A stretch of 40,534 nt of DNA from a virus. Taxonomy: Duplodnaviria > Caudoviricetes. Each line of letters starts with the position of its first letter. The stretch's first letter is position 1. Of this stretch, positions 36,427 to 40,534 are shown piece after piece. The position numbers were made by a program, and so were the translations under genes. The stretch covers positions 1 to 40,534 of IMG/VR virus record IMGVR_UViG_3300014208_001117, one strand, 5' to 3'. The notes beneath the pieces were generated by a model. That model was given only the letters and a program-made list of their open reading frames with translations. It was not told the DNA's origin and ran no database searches.

Positions 36427-36460
36427 AACCACATCGGTAAAAAAACAAAAAGTCTATACT
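36423..36460 (+). promoter_or_regulatory. Putative phage late promoter, copy 3 (lysis operon)
   Basis: TTTTAACCACAT (36423-36434), 20 nt, TATACT (36455-36460). Confidence 0.65.
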
Positions 36461-36502
36461 GAGGATATTAAGGGGCATTACTAATAAATTAAAAAAAATT
36501 GT

Positions 36503-36751
36503 ATGAATATAAATGATTTTCTCGGTATCGCCATCGTCGGCGCGGCACTCTCTCTTGTAATAGAATGGATGCAAGAAAAATATGGAATGGACGCGAAAAA
36601 GACGCGGGCGCTTTCCATCGTTCTTTCTTTCGTTGTCGGAGGTTTTTATTGGTTGCTCTCAAATACGGAGATTTGGCAGTCTATTCTCGGTGTTCTTGCG
36701 GCGGCATCAACCGTGTACGCCCTCTTTTTTAATTCTAAAATTCGCGGATAA
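36503..36751 (+). CDS. Holin
   Basis: 82 aa, three hydrophobic segments, directly upstream of the endolysin. Confidence 0.75.
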   Translation: MNINDFLGIAIVGAALSLVIEWMQEKYGMDAKKTRALSIVLSFVVGGFYWLLSNTEIWQSILGVLAAASTVYALFFNSKIRG

Positions 36752-36753
36752 AT

Positions 36754-37863
36754 ATGGAAGACCAAATCTATCAAGGTGCCATTCTTGATCCGCGCAGCGA
36801 GGCGGAAAAACAAAAAGACTGGAGCGTGCGGGAGGCGTTTGCTTCTGCCTCTCCCGTCAACTGGAAGGAAATGCGCCCGGAAGATGTACGGCAATTTGGA
36901 GTGCAAAACCAAAGCAACCAACTTTCGTGCGTTGCGCAGACCCGACGGAAACTTCGCCGGATCACGTTCAAGGTGAACAAAGGACTGGACGTTGATTTTT
37001 CCGCATTGCATCTCTATCGGAAGCGCTCGAACTATCCGGACGGCGGGATGGCGGCAATGGATGCGATCAATCTTGACCGTAAAATCGGAATGACACTCGC
37101 GCCTTTGATGCCTTCCGATGGAATGGGTGAAACGGACGCAAACGCTGTTAAGATTGAGCCGTATATGGATGAAGTCGCAAAGATTTTCACTATTGAAAAT
37201 GAACTCACTTTTACGGCAGGCGATCTTGAGACGGTCGCCTCAACCATTCAGACAACGAGAAAGGGCGCAATGACGTGGTTTTATTTTACGGGTGCTGAAT
37301 GGAGCCGCGAGGTTCCGGTAATTCTTGATCCGACACTTGATCTGTACGGAACTGCCGCAAGCCGACACTCTGTAGCATCGGTAGAACCGGCGATCTATCA
37401 AGGAAAGAAAGGTCTATGGATCGATGACAGCGCGCATTTCGGAGGACTTTCTCGGCGTTTCATTACCGAAGAATTTTACAAAGCGCGCAATTTTTGGGCG
37501 TCGTATCCGATCTCTCTCAAATACGGATCGACCGCAGTGAATGACGCCAATAAACCGAGCTATCGCTTCACAAAACCGCTCGTATTCATTCCGCTTGATA
37601 TTTGGGGCAACATCAACAATAAAACGCTCCACGAGGCGCAGGAGGGCGACGTAATGGCATTGCAGGACATTCTGCGCTACGAGGGGTTCTTTCCTTCAAA
37701 TTTCGAAAAGAGTACCGGCTATTACGGCAACATGACTTGCAAGGCGGTAGACGCTTTTCAGAGGAAATATGCCGTCGCTTCTGTCTCGGAACTTGACGCT
37801 TTGAAAGGAAAAAGGGTCGGAGAAAAGACGATTGCCAAACTCAATGAGCTTTATGGTGCTTAA
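36754..37863 (+). CDS. Putative endolysin: papain-like Cys peptidase plus peptidoglycan-binding domain
   Basis: QNQSNQLSCVAQ, RHSV, IDDSAHFG; DV.ALQ..L...TGYYG..T.KAV..FQ...VG.KT..KLN. Confidence 0.8.
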   Translation: MEDQIYQGAILDPRSEAEKQKDWSVREAFASASPVNWKEMRPEDVRQFGVQNQSNQLSCVAQTRRKLRRITFKVNKGLDVDFSALHLYRKRSNYPDGGMAAMDAINLDRKIGMTLAPLMPSDGMGETDANAVKIEPYMDEVAKIFTIENELTFTAGDLETVASTIQTTRKGAMTWFYFTGAEWSREVPVILDPTLDLYGTAASRHSVASVEPAIYQGKKGLWIDDSAHFGGLSRRFITEEFYKARNFWASYPISLKYGSTAVNDANKPSYRFTKPLVFIPLDIWGNINNKTLHEAQEGDVMALQDILRYEGFFPSNFEKSTGYYGNMTCKAVDAFQRKYAVASVSELDALKGKRVGEKTIAKLNELYGA

Positions 37864-37872
37864 ACCATACAT

Positions 37873-37899
37873 TTGACTTTTTTGCAAAGGTGGTATAAT
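37873..37899 (+). promoter_or_regulatory. Integrase promoter
   Basis: Extended -10 TGgTATAAT (37891-37899); TTGACT at 37873 gives only a 15-nt spacer. Confidence 0.65.
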
Positions 37900-37919
37900 G
37901 TGCAAAACATAATTTAATA

Positions 37920-38131
37920 TTTACTCACTGAAGTCCGCGAGGACTTGTACGACCAGTGAAGCATTTACACCACATATTCTTTTGGTGTAAACTGTATATG
38001 TGCCAGAAATGGCACGTATAGGGTCTCTGATCAGAGACTTTCTATGCCCTTTACTCCTGCCGGTTCGCCGGATCGTGGAGGCAAAGGAACAGCACATGCC
38101 TCACTCGGTCGTACGGGTGGGGCCTCTGTGC
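37920..38131 (+). ncRNA. Candidate structured 5' leader of the integrase mRNA
   Basis: Six consecutive hairpins and a long-range gtacgac/gtcgtac pairing. Confidence 0.65.
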
Positions 38132-38133
38132 AT

Positions 38134-39216
38134 ATGAAAACAAGTCAAGCAATTGAAGAATTTAAAAACTGGCGAGGGTTCAAGGTATCAGGTCAAACCG
38201 TTGTGCGTTATGATAACGTGCTCCGAATTTTTTGTTTGTGCATGGGAGACCCGGATATTGAGCGAATTCAAATTCAGCATGTTCTCCAGTATATGCAAGG
38301 TATGGAAAAACTCGGATGGAAAAGAAACGGAATTACTATCGTGGCACTCGCCCTACGAAAATTTTTTGAGTTTTACAATTTGCGAGGATACAAATGTCTC
38401 AATGAATATCTTATCCCATTACCTCGTAAAGAGTTTAATCTGCCGCGTGTCGCCAACGAGAAAGATTATAAAAAACTGCTCAAGGCAATTCCGAGAGACA
38501 GAGATCCGAACAACATTCGCAATCGTGCGCTCATCACTCTGATATGGGATACGTGGGCACGGAGCGGGGAAATAATTTCACTCAACGAAGATCACTTGGT
38601 TTTCCAAAAAGACTTGTCCGGGACGGCTATCATAAAGACCGAGAAATCAAGAGGGAGAAGACCCATCCGGGAAATTTTCTGGACAAAAGAGACTGGCCGA
38701 AATCTTAAAAAATGGCTGAATAAAAAACATGAATTGCAAAAGGATCATATCTATGAAGACAGTGATGCCGTCTTCGTATCCATTCGGAAATGCGGCGCTT
38801 ATGACTCTCGCGGAAAACGAATGACGAACCGCGGCGTATGCGAGGTTCTTCGGACAATATCTAATCGTGCAGATTTACCGACTGTGTTTAACGCGCATTC
38901 CGCCCGGCATTACGGTGGGAGAGAAATCATAAAACAAGGAGGAAGCAATGCAGACGTTTCAAATATTTTAGGTCATTCTAGTTTGGATAGTTCAATGATC
39001 TATACGATGATGTGGGGAGAAGAATTGCGCGAGAGGTATGATCAATTCCGCAACGGGAAAAAGGTTGATCTCAAACATCTTACAGGGGAACAGGCACTCA
39101 ACGCTTTTCTTTCGTTTATACAAAAGGGAGGAATACAGAGAAGTCCGTTTATCGGACACATCGGACGAAAAACAGAAATAAGAACAAAAGGAGGAGGGAA
39201 GTTTACAAAATTTTAG
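38134..39216 (+). CDS. int: Tyrosine recombinase / integrase
   Basis: TWARSGE (R), KTEK (K), HSARH (HxxR), LGH, IY; ATG 38134 preferred because 38044-38133 is hairpin-rich. Confidence 0.93.
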   Translation: MKTSQAIEEFKNWRGFKVSGQTVVRYDNVLRIFCLCMGDPDIERIQIQHVLQYMQGMEKLGWKRNGITIVALALRKFFEFYNLRGYKCLNEYLIPLPRKEFNLPRVANEKDYKKLLKAIPRDRDPNNIRNRALITLIWDTWARSGEIISLNEDHLVFQKDLSGTAIIKTEKSRGRRPIREIFWTKETGRNLKKWLNKKHELQKDHIYEDSDAVFVSIRKCGAYDSRGKRMTNRGVCEVLRTISNRADLPTVFNAHSARHYGGREIIKQGGSNADVSNILGHSSLDSSMIYTMMWGEELRERYDQFRNGKKVDLKHLTGEQALNAFLSFIQKGGIQRSPFIGHIGRKTEIRTKGGGKFTKF

Positions 39217-39263
39217 TTATTCACACTCCGAGACTTGCATTGTTGGCAAGTTAAGAGTATAGT
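39217..39263 (+). promoter_or_regulatory. Promoter P1 with DnaA-type box and operator
   Basis: TTATTCACA (39217-39225), TTGCAT-17-TATAGT, inverted repeat ACTTGC-N7-GCAAGT. Confidence 0.7.
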
Positions 39264-39269
39264 ATTGAT

Positions 39270-39458
39270 ATGCCACTACCAACACCTAATATAGCAAAAA
39301 TTAAAGAAGTAAAGAGCTTGAGAGAAAAAAGACTGTCATACAGGCAGATTGCAAAGCTCTTAGACAGCGATGTAAAAACCGTTTATAGATGGGATTCCTA
39401 TGACGTTGGCAAGTTATCCACAGGCAAACTTGCACAAGTTGGCAAGCGTAATGTATAA
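39270..39458 (+). CDS. Small helix-turn-helix protein (repressor/Cro or excisionase), probably leaderless
   Basis: LREKRLSYRQIAKLLDSDVKTVYRW; ATG 6 nt after the -10 box. Confidence 0.8.
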   Translation: MPLPTPNIAKIKEVKSLREKRLSYRQIAKLLDSDVKTVYRWDSYDVGKLSTGKLAQVGKRNV

Positions 39459-39459
39459 T
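39414..39459 (+). promoter_or_regulatory. Promoter P2 pointing at the att site
   Basis: TTATCCACA (39414-39422), TTGCAC-18-TATAAT, GTTGGCAAG in the spacer. Confidence 0.7.
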
Positions 39460-39485
39460 CAATATAGTTCGTTGAAAATCAAATA

Positions 39486-39573
39486 GACTTCCTCTCGCTT
39501 CTTGAGCATCGGTATGATAAAATTGGTTATGAAAACCATTTTACGGATATTCAAGAAGCGCGAGGGCGGAGTC
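39486..39573 (+). other. Long imperfect RNA hairpin before attR
   Basis: ctcgcttcttga/tcaagaagcgcgag and taaaattggtt/aaccatttta arms. Confidence 0.7.
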
Positions 39574-39586
39574 TCTAAAAACTTTA

Positions 39587-39646
39587 CATGGTATGATAAC
39601 GAAATGGGGTATACGTCGGCGCTCGTGGAGCATGTGGCGAAGATGG
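39587..39646 (+). repeat. attR; displaced native gap 3' end (continues to TAA at 39665)
   Basis: Encodes WYDNEMGYTSALVEHVAKMASFITH*. Confidence 0.95.
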
Positions 39647-39718
39647 CGAGTTTTATAACACATAACTAATCACTGATAACACACGACAATGATGAAGATG
39701 TTTTATTGCTAATATCAA

Positions 39719-40108
39719 ATGATTATGCCAGACACGGTCAAATACAAAAATAATTTTCGATTTCTTGATTGGACGGTGTATAAAGACAGTCGGACCGTAT
39801 ACGAGGACATACTGAAAATCGCGCATGCCTTGCCGAAAGAATACCGTTTTGAGATTGGGAGTCAAATGATAAGAAGTGCATTATCTATCAGCTTAAACAT
39901 TGCGGAAGGAAGCGGAAAACACGGAGATGCGGAGTTAAATCGTTTTATGAGTATCGCCATGGGGTCGCTATACGAAACGATAGCAGCCATAGATATCTTA
40001 AGAAATGGAAAACAAATATCAGAAAAACAATTTCAGGAGGTATTCATTAAGTTGAAAAATGTTGCCTATCAACTGGGATGTTTCAAGAAAACCTTAAAAA
40101 CAAAATAG
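39719..40108 (+). CDS. Four-helix-bundle protein (23S rRNA intervening-sequence protein family)
   Basis: F....VY...LPKE.RF...SQ..RSA.SI..NIAEGSG...RF..IA.GS..E. Confidence 0.9.
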   Translation: MIMPDTVKYKNNFRFLDWTVYKDSRTVYEDILKIAHALPKEYRFEIGSQMIRSALSISLNIAEGSGKHGDAELNRFMSIAMGSLYETIAAIDILRNGKQISEKQFQEVFIKLKNVAYQLGCFKKTLKTK

Positions 40109-40162
40109 TTGCATCGTAGTTCCTTCGTTATTGTTATCAGTTATTAGTCATTAGTTATCATC

Positions 40163-40534
40163 ATGAAAATCTTTATTGCCACAGACCACGCCGGATTTCC
40201 GCTCAAGGAAAAGCTTGTGCCTTTTTTGCGCGAGCTCGGGCATGAGGTGATTGATAAGGGGGCGTTTGCCCTTGATGATAATGATGATTATCCCGATTTT
40301 ATCGCGGAAGCGGCGCGGGAAGTTTCGGCAGTGAATAATTCCGATGTTCGCGGTATTGTGCTCGGCGGGTCCGGACAGGGCGAGGCGATTGTCGCCAACA
40401 AATTCCCTCATATTCGCGCGGTTGTTTTTAATGGACAGTATGAACCGAAAGACGGGTCCGAAGTTCCCGACGAGATTTTTCTCACACGCAGTCACAATGA
40501 TTCAAACATTCTTTCTCTCGGCGCACGATTCATC
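40163..40534 (+). CDS. rpiB: Ribose-5-phosphate isomerase B (host; runs off the window end)
   Basis: MKIFIATDHAGF...DDYPD...GIVLGGSGQGEAIVANK...HNDSNILSLGARF. Confidence 0.93.
   Translation, partial: MKIFIATDHAGFPLKEKLVPFLRELGHEVIDKGAFALDDNDDYPDFIAEAAREVSAVNNSDVRGIVLGGSGQGEAIVANKFPHIRAVVFNGQYEPKDGSEVPDEIFLTRSHNDSNILSLGARFI

Larger units (their letters stand above)
1216..39646 (+). mobile_element. Complete temperate prophage (podovirus-like), predicted excised circle 38,371 bp
   Basis: Bounded by a 60-bp direct repeat; contains integrase, replication, terminase, portal, capsid, tail and lysis genes; host genes lie on both sides. Confidence 0.95.

Noticed and set aside
38004-38020. gaaatgg and acgtata matches between the int leader and the att core, suggesting a guide RNA
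   Set aside because: Only 7-nt matches, mostly buried in a stem; compatible with chance.
38020-38042. Hammerhead ribozyme core (ctgatca)
   Set aside because: Not CUGAUGA, it is the centre of a palindrome, and no correctly placed GAAA or three-stem core was found.
1276-39586. Stop-codon reassignment (code 25 or 15) in phage or host
   Set aside because: Genes are intact in code 11 and end properly at TGA (terL, capsid) and TAG (tail spike, int).
39719-40108. Diversity-generating retroelement (Avd-like four-helix protein near a phage)
   Set aside because: No reverse transcriptase and no adenine-variable TR/VR pair seen; the gene lies outside attR.

Overview
The window holds an apparently complete ~38.4 kb temperate prophage (about 1216-39646) inserted in the 3' end of the host GAPDH gene. 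A 60-bp direct repeat (1216-1275 / 39587-39646, one mismatch) marks attL/attR, and the phage supplies a replacement C-terminus and terminator for gap. Host flanks are gap on the left and a four-helix-bundle gene plus a partial rpiB on the right. The host is plausibly a CPR/Patescibacteria-type bacterium (inference from AT-rich, SD-less gene starts and gene content; genetic code 11). Nearly all phage genes lie on the + strand. In order: recombination (Sak4-like ATPase, PD-(D/E)XK nuclease, SSB-like), replication (initiator with iterons, DnaC-like), C5 methylase, RusA-like, terS, a 4.8 kb accessory cassette (nitroreductase, two glycosyltransferases, peptide deformylase), terL, portal, scaffold, N4-gp56-type capsid, podovirus-like tail and ejection genes (including a LamG + Ser/Pro mucin-like protein and a 2069-aa polyvalent protein), holin, Cys-peptidase endolysin, tyrosine integrase and a small HTH gene. 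The most striking signals are non-coding: (i) a sequence beside attR complementary to the terminator beside attL, so an antiterminator could form only after excision; (ii) a multi-hairpin integrase leader whose loop is complementary to a hairpin loop at the other prophage end; (iii) a thrice-repeated TTTTAACCACAT-N20-(-10) late-promoter motif; (iv) DnaA-box-linked twin promoters; (v) a pseudoknotted RNA and an antisense sRNA candidate. All family assignments are by eye from motifs and synteny; no searches or folding programs were run.
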